Origin: Felis catus
Lineage: Eukaryota
DNA length: 60,000 nt
Direction: 5' to 3'
Assembly (NCBI RefSeq): GCF_018350175.1
Contig: NC_058369.1
Span: 15,440,001-15,500,000, forward strand
Shown: in pieces, positions 11,341 through 22,248 of the stretch
How positions within the stretch are numbered: the first letter of the stretch is position 1
Layout of the letters: the number at the start of each line of letters is the position of its first letter
Notes under the pieces: model-generated
Databases searched by the model: none
Told to the model about the DNA's origin: nothing
The model's input: the letters and a program-made list of their open reading frames with translations, nothing else
Translations under genes and position numbers: made by a program

Positions 11341-12659
11341 GCCTCCCACCCTTCTTTCCCGGCTGCTCTCTCTAACCTCCTGCCCGGTTTCCACTTCTGC
11401 GGCCCCCACGCCTCTCTTTGAGGAGGGGTCTGGCAGACCCCCCGCCCCCGATTGATAGGGACTTCACAACCCCTTGAGAAAAGGCAGCACCAGTTTCTCG
11501 GTAAATGGTAAAAATGACCCCGCTGCCCCCCACCCCTGCACCCTCCTTCCTCTCCCCCTTCCCTGCCCTCTGACCTCATGGCACCCAGAGTCCCTGGTTA
11601 GGGTCGGCAGGGCCAAGAGCAGGAACCGCCCGCTGCGCCCCAATGCTCTCGGTTTCTCCTTGTGAGGTATCGTTGTCGCCTCGCACTTGAACATGGGAAC
11701 GGCCAGCCCGCCGAGGTACCCATAACGGGGACACACAGTCGCCCGGGGGGACGGGACTGAGACAGGCTGGGGCTTGCCATGCACCTCTCGGGAGGGCGTC
11801 CGTGTCTCTTCAGAAGGGGACAGAGTGACGACCCCAGTTACAGCCGGGCACTGGCATGAGACTAGAAGACTGACCTCACCCTCCAGGCAGTGAACGCCCA
11901 GGCTGTTTGCTGCGCTCCCATCGATTTCTAGACGCTTCGGGTGTGTTCTTTTGGATTCTCGGAGACGCGAATACTGAGATGGGATGTGCGAGGGGCTTAT
12001 GGGGGGAAATAGGAGGGAGATGAAGGAAGGCGGGAGAACCCCCAGACTGAGCCTTGCTGGAGACTGCCTTCCAGAGGGGTCCTCACGTCAAAGCACCTGT
12101 TGCAGGGGGAGGGTGGATCTTGCAGGAAAGGGCCTGGGAGCAGCGGGGACGGGTGGCCTCGGTGCACCTGCGTCCAGAGGGTGGCATCTGGGCACCAGGC
12201 TATCGCGCCCCCCACAGCAGGAGTGGGGAGGGCTCGCCAGAGGCTCCAGACGCCCAGTCCTCTCTTCACCCTGCTGTCAGCTTGCCGCCTATCCTGGGGC
12301 CTGCCGGGCACCCCGGGGTTCCCACCTAGACCAGTTCCCAAGTGGTTGGTGGGTGCAGGGGGGAGGCAGCCGTCCCCACCCGGGCCTGCAGGGCTGCCTA
12401 GGGTGGAGGTCACCCGAGGACAGCCAGCCCATGGCAGTGGGAGTTTCGATGAGGTGCTTTAACGTCAACGAGGGTCAGCTGTTCTCAGAGGAAACCAAAC
12501 CATGAAATCTTTTTCAACACAAAAGGCCCATTTATTTTGACAAGGAAAAAAAAAAAAATAGTGGCTCCAAGCAGCCCTCAGATGTGGCGAGCGCCCCGTG
12601 GACGCCCGCTATGCCTTGTGGTCCGTCCACAGCTCTCGGACGGCATGGAGCAAAGCTTT

Positions 12660-12872
12660 TTCCATGTTTTTGGGTGGTTGTTTGAAGTCTCTTTATTTTT
12701 GAGAGGGGTGGGGGGAGAAGGGCAGAGAGAGAGGGAAACACAGAATCCGAAGCAGGCTCCAGGCTCTGGGCTGTCGGCACAGAGCCCGACGCGGGGCCCG
12801 ACCCCGTGAACTGTGGGATCATGACCTGAGCCGAAGTCGGATGCTTAACCGACGGAGTCACCCAGGCGCCCC
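12660..12872 (-). mobile_element. Can-SINE
   Basis: Reverse copy ending caggcgcccc. Confidence 0.9.
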
Positions 12873-13260
12873 TGAATTTTTTTTTTTTTAACAGGCTTTG
12901 AGAATAGTGAGCATTTTGAATTTCCCAGTATTTCCCATGTTGAGTTCCGCATAGATTGCTTGTGCCAGATTGACCGAGCATGACACAGGGCTTTGGCCTT
13001 GAGGCTGCATTTTTGGCTGAAGCTTAAAGGAGGGGGCCGAGTGGGCATGAAGTCTGTGTGAAGTGACGCAGGTGAAAATAAGCAGGTCATTCTTCCCTCC
13101 TGCGTCCAGGGCTCACATTCTCCGAGCGGCCGTCACCTCTCGCAGGTCCTCGGTCCAGTCCCCCGGCAGCATCGAGGGGCCTCCCCGGGCCGCCCTCCAG
13201 CTGGGAGGTGCCTTGCACCCGACCACGCCGATGAATGAAGATGTCCCAGGCCCTTTTACC

Positions 13261-13465
13261 TTTTTTTTTTTTTTAAGTTTATTTTTGAGAGAGGGAGCGA
13301 AAGCACGAATGGGGGAGGGGCAGAGAGAAAGAGAAAGAGAGAGAATCCCAAGCAGGCTCCACACTGTCAGCAGAAAGCCTGATGCAGGGCTTGAACCCAC
13401 GAACCGGGAGATCATGACCTGAGCCGAAGTTGGACGCTGATGTGACGGAACCACCCAGGCGCCCC
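13261..13465 (-). mobile_element. Can-SINE
   Basis: Reverse copy with poly-T tail. Confidence 0.9.
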
Positions 13466-13989
13466 AGCACTTTTTCCTTTTGGATGTAGTGCAAATGTCC
13501 CCACGTCCTCTGCCCGTCTGGAGTTTCCCACTCCTTTATTACCCACGTAAAAGAGGTGCAGACCCGAGCCAGGAGCCTGAAGCTGGCCCTGCCAATGACC
13601 TCCACGTGGCAAGGCCCGCGGACCCGAGGCAGACCCGATCTCCACCCTCACAGAGTTTGCAGTCCAGTCCGGCCTCTTTGTGGGCACACGGTGGTGTTGG
13701 AAACAGAAGGCGTGGTTCCCATCCGGACGTGGTGGGCGGCAGCCTCAGCTTCCCCTCCAGCACAAAGGGGTGGATAACGGAGCCTCTCCGATGAGCTGTC
13801 ACAGCCGTAGACGGAGAGGGTGGCGCTGAGCGGGCACAGAGGAGGCGCCGTGGCACGTGAGCGATCGCGGTTCTTGTCGTGGCTCGTGCGCGGCTCCCAC
13901 GCCGGCCCCAGCGTGGTGGCAACCGGGGGGGAGAGTGAGGCGGACCTCCCGGGATGTCAGCGAAGAAAGGGATCCGGGGCAACCAGTCG

Positions 13990-14520
13990 TTTCCAGCAGC
14001 CCGGTGGAGTGTTCGAGAACGTGCCTGCCTCGTGGGTTTACCCCGCGGAGATGCTTGCAGGGGTGGGAGATGGCTTGTGAGTCAGCCGTTGCTACGGTGT
14101 GTGTAACAGCAAACGTGTGAAAGCTGCCTGGAGGCCTGTGAATAAGGGATGGGTTAAAAAACCCGTGACCTCCCCAGAGAGTGAAATATCAGCCCTCGAA
14201 AGGAACAAGCAGCTGCGAGTGAAATGACGGGAAAAGATCTCCCAGAGGATCGTTAAGTGCCAAAACGCGGGGGGCAGCGCGGTTTTGCGTCGTGTGTTAC
14301 CAAAAAGGCAAGCAAAAAAGAAATGGACATGCCCGTGTACTTCGGTGACGTGACGGTGGCTGTCTCCGGAGGGGGCCCCGGCCGGCTAGTGCTCCGTGGG
14401 GGGAGGGCGCACACTTTTCACTCCGCGCTCATGGACACCTTTTGCATCTGAAGCGACGGGCGTGTGTCGCTTATTAAAAGATACGAAAGAGCAAGCAGAA
14501 ATCGGAGCGGATTCGTAGAG
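13990..14520 (+). mobile_element. Ancient L1ME-like 3' fragment (GC-shifted)
   Basis: tgtgtgtaacagcaaac...aataagggatgggttaaaaaa...ggaaaagatctccc...cgttaagtg resembles an old L1 3' region. Confidence 0.55.
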
Positions 14521-15361
14521 AAGCGCTTCGGTCCACTGTGTCCCGCTGAACACCTTCTGGGGCTCTCAGAGCGGATGGCGCGGGGCGGGTTGGGCCGGGG
14601 CCAGCGGGCAGCCCCCCTCCCCTGTGGGTGTGTGGGAGCCACGTGGGGCCCTGTGGCCAGGCACATGCCTGCAGCTGGGCCTTCCTGTGTGGCGCAAGGC
14701 CCTGGGCGCGGGGCTGAGGCCAGTGGAGAGTGGGTTCCAGGAGCCTGGCGGAGGCCGCGCACGCACGGCAAGGTCACGGTCCTGATATCTGGGTCTGGCC
14801 TGGGCCGCTTTCCAGGGCAGACGGTCACGACACAAAGCACCAGGAGAAGGCCTCCGTCACATCTGTTTGTCTCCATCCACGGGCCAGTTCCACAGTGCAA
14901 CTCAAGGCTGGAGCCGCCAGGGTTCCGGGAAGCGGACTGGGAGGGGCCAAGGTTTCCTGGCCTGTTCTGGGCCCCGGTGGGATGGAGAGAGCCCAGAGGA
15001 ACCTGGGCTCTTAAGTCTTCATCCATCTGCTCAGCTGAAATATAAAGATTCTTTTCAGCGTTCTCCCTGAAGTGGCCCTCCAGCTTTGGGACACACACGG
15101 CATTGTGTGCAGGGACATTCCCTGTGGCCAAGCAAAAGCGACAGAAAGGCCCTTTCAGTTAACTGCGAAATAAGCAGGGCTCTGTCTAAAGAACAGGGGC
15201 CCTTTGCCTCATGGGCCCCTTGGTAATTCACAGGCTGGCCGGGCACCGTTTACAGCCTGCTGCAGTCTCCTGGATTCGGGTGTTTTGAATGCCTTTTTGT
15301 CAACAATTCTGTATGCACACCTACATAAGAAATATGCATGCATGCATGCAAACACGTATTC

Positions 15362-15388
15362 TTTTTTAAATTTTTTTAAATTTATTTT

Positions 15389-15427
<39 letters not shown>

Positions 15428-15592
15428 ATGAGCAGGGGAGGGGCAGAGAGAGAGGGAGACACAGAATCCAAAGCAGGCTCCAGGCTCCCAGCTGTCAGCA
15501 TAGAGCCCGACGCGGGGCTCGAACCCACGGACCGTGAGATCACGACTTGAACAGAAGTTGGACGCTCAACCGACTGAGCCACCCAGGCACTC
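15362..15592 (-). mobile_element. Can-SINE
   Basis: TSD tgcaaacacgtattcttttt / tgcaaacagatactcttttt. Confidence 0.93.
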
Positions 15593-15607
15593 TGCAAACA
15601 GATACTC

Positions 15608-15800
15608 TTTTTAATTTTTTTTAACGTTTATTTATTATTGAGGACAGAGAAAGACAGAGCATGAGCAGGGGAGGGGCAGAGACACAGAATCCGAAGCAGG
15701 CTCCAGGCTCTGAGCTGTCAGCACAGAGCCGGATGTGGGGCTCGAACCCACAAACCGTGAGACCGTGACCTGAGCCAAAGTCGGACACCCGAGTCGGCGT
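15608..15800 (-). mobile_element. Can-SINE with deletions
   Basis: Tandem with the previous copy; head is degenerate. Confidence 0.85.
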
Positions 15801-16099
15801 CCTCGCAAATAGATATTATTAAATCAAATATCCTTTACACATTCAAATACACATGCACACATACATCTGTATCTAGCCATACTCTTGACTAGCAAGATAG
15901 AGGATATATGATGTTGATCAAATATTTGTACAAGGTGATCACCAAGCTCTACAGAAGGTTTGTAGTGACACACAAAGTCCCAAGAGTAATAACGTGGCCT
16001 CCTTTCTTTGTCTCTCCAAATCTAGGTCACGGTTAAGTCCAATCATTTGTTTCCACCTGTAGATGATAATGCCTGTACTCCCTTTTCTAATGTGACCCC

Positions 16100-16345
16100 T
16101 TCATTTATTTACCAAGCATTTTGAAGGGGTGCTACCATGTGCCAGGTGCTGTTCTAGGCTCCCGGGACATAACAATGAACAGAAGGGCCAATGACCCATA
16201 GCCTGGGGAGGTTTGCATCCCAGTGAGGAGACAGACAGTCCCTGCCACATCAGGTGGGGACAGGGATGGAGAAGAGTTGAGAAGGACTTCCTGGAGAAGG
16301 GACCGCTGGGTGCAGACCTGAGGGTTGTAAGCCAGGGAATCACAC
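16100..16345 (-). mobile_element. L2 3' fragment
   Basis: tcatttattt...ctaccatgtgccaggtgctgttctagg...acaatgaacag...ggagacagaca. Confidence 0.75.
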
Positions 16346-16983
16346 GGATATGGGACCTCGGGGGAGGGGGGCAGGGTCTAGGGCAACTGTGTTGCCCACT
16401 CTGGTTCCATTGCACTCACTTGGCAGACCCAGCGCTGGTTGGATCCAACTCTCCACCTACTCCATACCCACATGTGTGCAACTGAACTTGGCCAGAGAAA
16501 AGCATGCCACCGTGCTGGCTGGCCTCATTGAAATCCATGCCCCAGATCTCAGGGTGGGGGTTGGGAGCGAAGGGGAAGCCTCCGTGCTTCCATCAATTCG
16601 GTGCTTCTCCGGGCCCTTCGCTCTCCCAGTCCCCCAGATGGCCAGTTCCCCACAGCAGCTCCCCTGGCCTCACTCTCAGCTAACTCTTCTTACTTCCTGT
16701 TTCACTGAGAAAACTAATCAGAAGAGCCTCCTACCACCCCAAGATTCCAGCCCCTTACATACCTCCCTACCTGACTCTTGCCCACATCCTCCCTGTTTCC
16801 ATGGATGAAATCTTCAGTGGAGCTTGGCCCTCTCTGCTACTCAGGTGTGCCACTCCAAAAATCCCCTTCTCTCTCTCCTACAAGAGCGATTCTCCTGCCC
16901 CAACCCCCACCTCAGGGGGCCATTCCCATCAGCACAGACACGTGTACCATTTCCCATATTAAAAAAAGAAAAAAAAAAGTCTA

Positions 16984-17160
16984 GGGATGCATGGGTGGCT
17001 CAGGCGGGTGAGCCTCTGACTCTTGATTTTAGCTCAGGTCATGATTCCAGGGTCATGGGATTGAGCCCTTGCCTGGCTCCATGCTGAGCATGGAGGCTTT
17101 TTGAGATTCTCTCTCTCTCGCCCTCAGCCCCTCTCCCTAGCTCACACTTTCTAGCTCTGT
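16984..17160 (+). mobile_element. Older Can-SINE
   Basis: gggatgcatgggtggctcag...tgactcttgattttagctcaggtcatgat; its tail runs into the (GAAA)n array. Confidence 0.85.
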
Positions 17161-17162
17161 GA

Positions 17163-17206
<44 letters not shown>

Positions 17207-17274
17207 AGAGAAGGAGAGAGGAAGGAAGGAAAGGGAAAGAGAAAGAGAAAGAAAGAAGAGAGAAGGAGAGAGGA

Positions 17275-17318
<44 letters not shown>

Positions 17319-17360
17319 GAAAAAGAAAGAAGAGACAAGGAGAGAGGAAGGAAGGAAAAA

Positions 17361-17416
<56 letters not shown>

Positions 17417-17460
17417 AAAAGAGAAAGAAAGAAGAGAGAAGGAGAGAGGAAGGAAGGAAA

Positions 17461-17512
<52 letters not shown>

Positions 17513-17575
17513 AAAGAAAGAAAGAAGATAGAAGGAGAGAGGAAGGAAGGAAGAGAAAGAGAGAAGGAGAGAGGA

Positions 17576-17655
<80 letters not shown>

Positions 17656-17664
17656 AAAAGAAAA
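17161..17664. repeat. Compound (GAAA)n / GAAGGAGAGAGGAA homopurine array
   Basis: About 500 nt with only two pyrimidines seen on the + strand. Confidence 0.97.
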
Positions 17665-19197
17665 TCTCAAAAAAAGCCTCTCTTGATGGTATTTCCCCCT
17701 CTATTCCACTTTGTACCCTACAAAGCTCCTGAGAAGGGCTGTTTAGAGGTCTGTCTCCAACATGGTTCCTTCCATTCGCTCTTCCTCAAGTCTGTGTTCA
17801 GTGAGGCCATCACTGGTGGTTGTATTCAAAATGGCGCCCCATCCTCTTCCTTATTTCATCTTTCACATTAGCTCCCCTCACTTTCTAATGTCCTCCACAA
17901 GGCATGTATCTGTTTTCTCTACTGACCACCCTGTCGCACTGGGATGGAGATCCAAACAGACAGCCACGTCTGCTTTGTTCACTGTCCTATCCTCAGCACC
18001 TGGAAAAGGGCCCAAGGCCTCCTAGGGGGGTTGGAGGGAAATTAGGAGGTAGAGGTGGCCAGAGGCCGGGTCACATCGGGTCAAGGGGAGGGTCTTACTC
18101 TCTTCGTGGTTCAGGATGCTGCTCGAGGGTTTGGAGCTGGGCTGAAGGTATATGATCTGATAGACGTTACTGAGATTCTGGGCAGGTCAAGTTGAAAATT
18201 CCGCATTTCACCAACGTGTTCACGGGCACGCACTTTTTCTACCCACGTGTTCATGCAAATAAGCTTCAAGACTCAGGGAAAGCTGTGTGTTGATTATGGC
18301 TTCTGTTATACAGGCAGGGCCGTGGGGGACGGTCGCTGCCGTGGAGTGGCTTTATTGGTAAAATAGAACGTGGGACATTTCTCATTCAACAAAATATCAT
18401 CAGCAAACACTTAAACAAAACCATCCATGCTCTGCCTGCTTAGTGGTAAAAACATTTAGGTCTTTCGTATTTTGCTTTTTAAGCAACTGATGTGCAAGTC
18501 TGAACACAATTTTTGAGATTCTAATCAACGGATGTTTCCGAGCACACAGAACAGACAAAACCGGCCTACGTTAAATAATCACGGCTCGGATTCTCAATGT
18601 TGGGCAGAGACTTGGAAAGCATCTCTGCCTCTGGAGTGTTAAACGGCAGCAGTAAAATACCCAGTGGCCTCCTGGCCGTGCCCGTCACTTCCGAGTACCC
18701 CTTCCCAGTGGTTTATGGCCCCTGGGATGCCATCTTTAAGAGCTGTTTTGTAAAGGTTTAAGGTACTCCACTGACCGGGAGGGGACAAGCCAGTCTGGTG
18801 AGGACATACGTAGATGGTGGGTTCAGGTGTGTGTCTTTAGATGCTGGAGATGGCGTAGCAGTTTCTAGAACCGCAGGGGGGACGGGGAGTAAGACCCGTG
18901 ACTTCTGAGCACTCCGGGCAAGGCAAAGCGGGGTGGGGGGAGCGGGTAGGGACCAAGGATTATGGGCTCAGGTGCTGCCAACTTAGCATGAAAAGAGAAA
19001 ACTGATTTACAAGAGGCCCTGGCTGGTGTCTGTGGCTCTAGTGTGAGGCTTCCCGGTACTTTGTCAGCTACGTTCCTGGTACTCAGGGGTCAGGTATGCT
19101 GGGCCGCGGCTTTCTACTCTGATAGATGCCCTCACCTCTCTGTATACCAACGGCCACTGCCACAGTGCCCAGAGCAGAAGCCTGGGACTTGGGACTC

Positions 19198-19435
19198 TAG
19201 TGGTTCTCAAGTGTGGTCCCTGAACCTCCATCAGCATCACCTGGGAACTAGAGATGCAGCTTGTTAGGCCGCACTCTAGAACCGTCGAATCAGAAACTGG
19301 TGGTCCCAGCAACCAGTGTTTAATAAGCTCCCTAAGGAATTCCGATGGGTGTTCACGTTTGGGAACCACAGGTCTAGACGGGTTCCAGGTGCAGCTGCTG
19401 CTGCTGGGCCCAGGGCCATAGTTGGAGAATCACTG
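19198..19435. mobile_element. MER5A-like hAT-Charlie element(s)
   Basis: agtggttctcaagtgtggtcc...cagcatcacctgggaact...gaatcagaaact...gtttgggaaccac. Confidence 0.8.
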
Positions 19436-19580
19436 TTCTAAAAAGTTCACAAGCATATCACTCCCCTTATGAGTAAACCCAGTGATCAATTAACAAGTCT
19501 TACTGAATACAAAAGGATTGTTTAACAATTCTCTCTGGTCCAGGGGATCATGGGCAACTTTTTAAAAGTTGACGCGTCTT

Positions 19581-19792
19581 GGGGCGCCTGGGTGGCGCAG
19601 TCGGTTGAGCGTCCGACTTCAGCCAGGTCACGATCTCGCGGTCCGTGAGTTCGAGCCCCGCGTCGGGCTCTGGGCTGATGGCTCAGAGCCTGGAGCCTGC
19701 TTCCGATTCTGTGTCTCCCTCTCTCTCTGCCCCTCCCCTGTTCATGCTCTGTCTCTCTCTGTCCGAAAAATAAACGTTGAAAAAAAAAATTT
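19581..19792 (+). mobile_element. Young felid Can-SINE
   Basis: Near-consensus; perfect TSD aaaagttgacgcgtctt. Confidence 0.96.
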
Positions 19793-19919
19793 AAAAGTTG
19801 ACGCGTCTTTGTATTGTTCGAAGTTGTTACCATAAACATGTATTACTTTTGTAGATAAAAAAAAGAAAGTTGAAAGACTTTGTAAAGGTAAAAATACCTC
19901 ATTCTGTGTAATTCTTCAC

Positions 19920-20105
19920 AGCAGGGCTTCTCAAACTATTGTGCAAACAGAGCACTCAGGAGTCTTGTTAAAATGAAGATTTTAGGTTGGATGGTTGGAT
20001 GGGGGGGCGGGGTCGTGAATTTCTACATTTTCAACAAGCTTCCTGGTGATTACAGCATACTGACTCACATGCAGTATACTGACTCGGGTAAACCACACTT
20101 TGGGT
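19920..20105. mobile_element. MER5-like element
   Basis: cagggcttctcaaact...cttgttaaaatg...cattttcaacaagcttcctggtgat...accacactttg. Confidence 0.65.
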
Positions 20106-20869
20106 TTACAGAATACAGCGCACTTTTTACCTAGATTATCTTGTTTGTTCCCTGTCAGTTTTGGCAGACGGATTCGCTAATTCACATGTTCAACCATTAG
20201 ATACTACTATGTACTACTATGTACTATGCACGGGGTATACAGATAAGGTCTCAATGAGGTGGAAAACCCACCGACCATGACCAAAAAAAAGAAAAAAAAA
20301 AAAAAAAAAGCATGTAAACAGATACATAAATAGTGATCAGATCTGATGAGAAAAGAGGGTGCTGAAAAAGAAGGCCTCTAGGAGGGGGTGATTTCAGCAA
20401 AGATGGGAAGGACGAGCCACGGAAGTTCAAGGTCAGGCTCTGGGCGGACACCAGGAAGCTCCTGCCTCGGGAACACAGTGGCAGAGGGGCCCCCCAGTCA
20501 AGTGGGGGGGGGGGGGCGGCAGGGTCCGCCAGGGCCGAGGGCCCTGATAGGGAGCGGATTTCAATCCAGGCTCCGGGGTTAAGCACTGCGAGTTTAAGCA
20601 GGGAAGTGACTGGTCTGGTGTTCGCCTTAGGATCACTCTGGCTGTGCAAATGAATGACACCCAGGCAGGGTCGCCTCGGAGTTGGTGCCCGGAGCGCTGG
20701 GCCAGGCGGGGGCGCCCAGGAGTCAGGGCCGCTGCCCCTGCAGTCGTGCGGACCCGGGGGTGTGTGTGGAGGGGGTGGGGGTGGGGGTGGAGGGTTGGAG
20801 GTGGGGGAGGGTCAGGAATCCCCTTAGGAATAAGGAGGCACCGGGGCACGTGTTTTTATTGCTGCACTG

Positions 20870-21900
20870 AGCCCCTTAAACGCGCGCGCTCCGGGGAACA
20901 ACGTGACTTTTTTCTTTTCCTCCTTTCAGAGGATCCGGGCTCCCACGTTGGCGTCTGGGACACTTCCCCCTGAGTGCCCGAGTCTGCCCACCTGTTAAAG
21001 AGAACTTCGGACCAGCCCCGGGGGGGGGGACATCCCGGGCTTCCGGTCGCGCACCCCGGGCAAGCCTGGAGGCCGGCCCGGCCCGGACGGAGGCGGTCTC
21101 GGGCGGCACATGGGGTCGACTGCCCACCCGGGAGACTGAGGCACGGTGGGGCGAGGAGCGCGGGCCCTCGGGACTCCCGCAGACTCCGAGGCGCACGTCG
21201 CGGGCCCCCGCGGGCTGCCCAGGCCGCCCACCAGCGGTCTCGGCGCGGAGGCCCCCGCCCAGCGCGCCCAGGGGCGGGGCCGGCCCGGAGCCCGGGAGCG
21301 GCGCGCGGATCGCGGGGTGGGGGGAGCGCGGCGGCGGCGGCCGGGGCAGCCCCCGCGCGGTGCCCGCTCCCGAGCCGGGACACAGCCCCGCGTCCCCCCA
21401 CAACGCCCGGCCGGGGAGCGGGCGGCGGGGCCTCGCTGCGCGGCGCAGGCCTGCCCCGGGGCGCCCGCCGCCGCCGACCCCGCCCCTCGGCCGCCTCCCC
21501 CGCCTCCCCCGCCTCCGCCTCCTCGCGGCCCGGGACGCGCCCGGCCGGCCACCGAGCGGCGGGGACTGCGTCCGGCGCGCTCACTTCCGCGTCCCGCCGC
21601 CCTCCGGCCCGCGCGCGCCCGGTCGCCGCCGCCATCGGACAATAGGCCGCCCGCCGCGGCCTCCGTGGACTTCCTGCCCGGCCCGGGCCGGCCGGTGCGC
21701 CGCTCCCCGCGCCCCTCCCCGCGCCCCTCTCCGCGCCGGTCGGGGAGCCGCGAGCGCCCGGCGCCCGGGACGTGCCTGCGCCTCCGGCCGCCGCGCCTCT
21801 GCCGCGGCCGGTCCGGCGGCCTCCACCCTCTCCCGCCGAGCCGGCTTCACTCCGGCTCCCTCCAGAGGCTGCGCTCGTCGTCCCGTTTCGGACTTTGATT
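20870..21900 (+). promoter_or_regulatory. CpG island / LIMD1 promoter
   Basis: Very GC- and CpG-dense, repeat-free stretch just upstream of the LIMD1 ATG. Contains GC box GGGGCGGGGC (21271-21280), ETS-like CACTTCCG (~21582), YY1-like GCCGCCATC (~21628) and RCGTG cores; no TATA box. Exact TSS cannot be determined. Confidence 0.88.
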
Positions 21901-22248
21901 GCTTACGGAGGGGATTTGTCTTCTTCTATTTCTTTTTCCTTTTACGATTTGAAAAGGAGAAAAGAACGCACGGCAAGCTGGGACGGTGAAGCGCCACCAG
22001 CTGCCCCCACGTGGACACCTCCGAGGCGAAAGGGAGTTGGACGCACACTTGGGCCGGCCGGCCTTGAGGCCTCCACTTCGGCCGGACTCCCAGGCCTGGG
22101 GTCATGACTCTCAGGCCCGGCAGGTGGAAGGCGTTGACTGTCCTGGGCTGGACCTGAGCCCCGGCCCCCGCTGCAACAACCCGCACCCCCGCCCCGCGCT
22201 CACCGACACACCGGCCACCTGGGCTAGGCTCTGACTCGCGCCTGCGAC

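Larger units (their letters stand above)
16640..18015 (+). mobile_element. L2 fragments split by a SINE and a purine repeat
   Basis: ttcactgagaaaactaatcagaagag... and ctgctttgttcactgtcctatcctcagcacctgg resemble L2a. Confidence 0.55.

Noticed and set aside
10474..11455. Multiple 200+ aa ORFs
   Set aside because: They overlie GC-shifted L2 and MLT1 relics, are low-complexity, and are open in most frames.
11930..12300. Possible LTR16/LTR33-type ERVL relic
   Set aside because: The resemblance is too faint to support without a Dfam search.
17137..17686. 175-aa KER-rich and 177-aa FLS-rich ORFs
   Set aside because: They are translations of the (GAAA)n array; no splice or start context supports them.
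19581..19660. tRNA genes (A/B-box sequences such as GGTGGCTCAGTCGG and GAGTTCGAGCCC)
   Set aside because: These are the tRNA-derived heads of Can-SINEs, followed by a CT-rich body, A tail and TSD.
1..20800. Exons of an upstream neighbour (LARS2 precedes LIMD1 in human)
   Set aside because: No LARS2-like peptide or other credible exon was recognised; short non-coding exons cannot be excluded.
20856..21989. Overlapping 200-260 aa Arg/Pro/Ala/Gly-rich ORFs on both strands
   Set aside because: Stop-codon depletion in the CpG island explains them; most have non-ATG starts and none shows recognisable homology.
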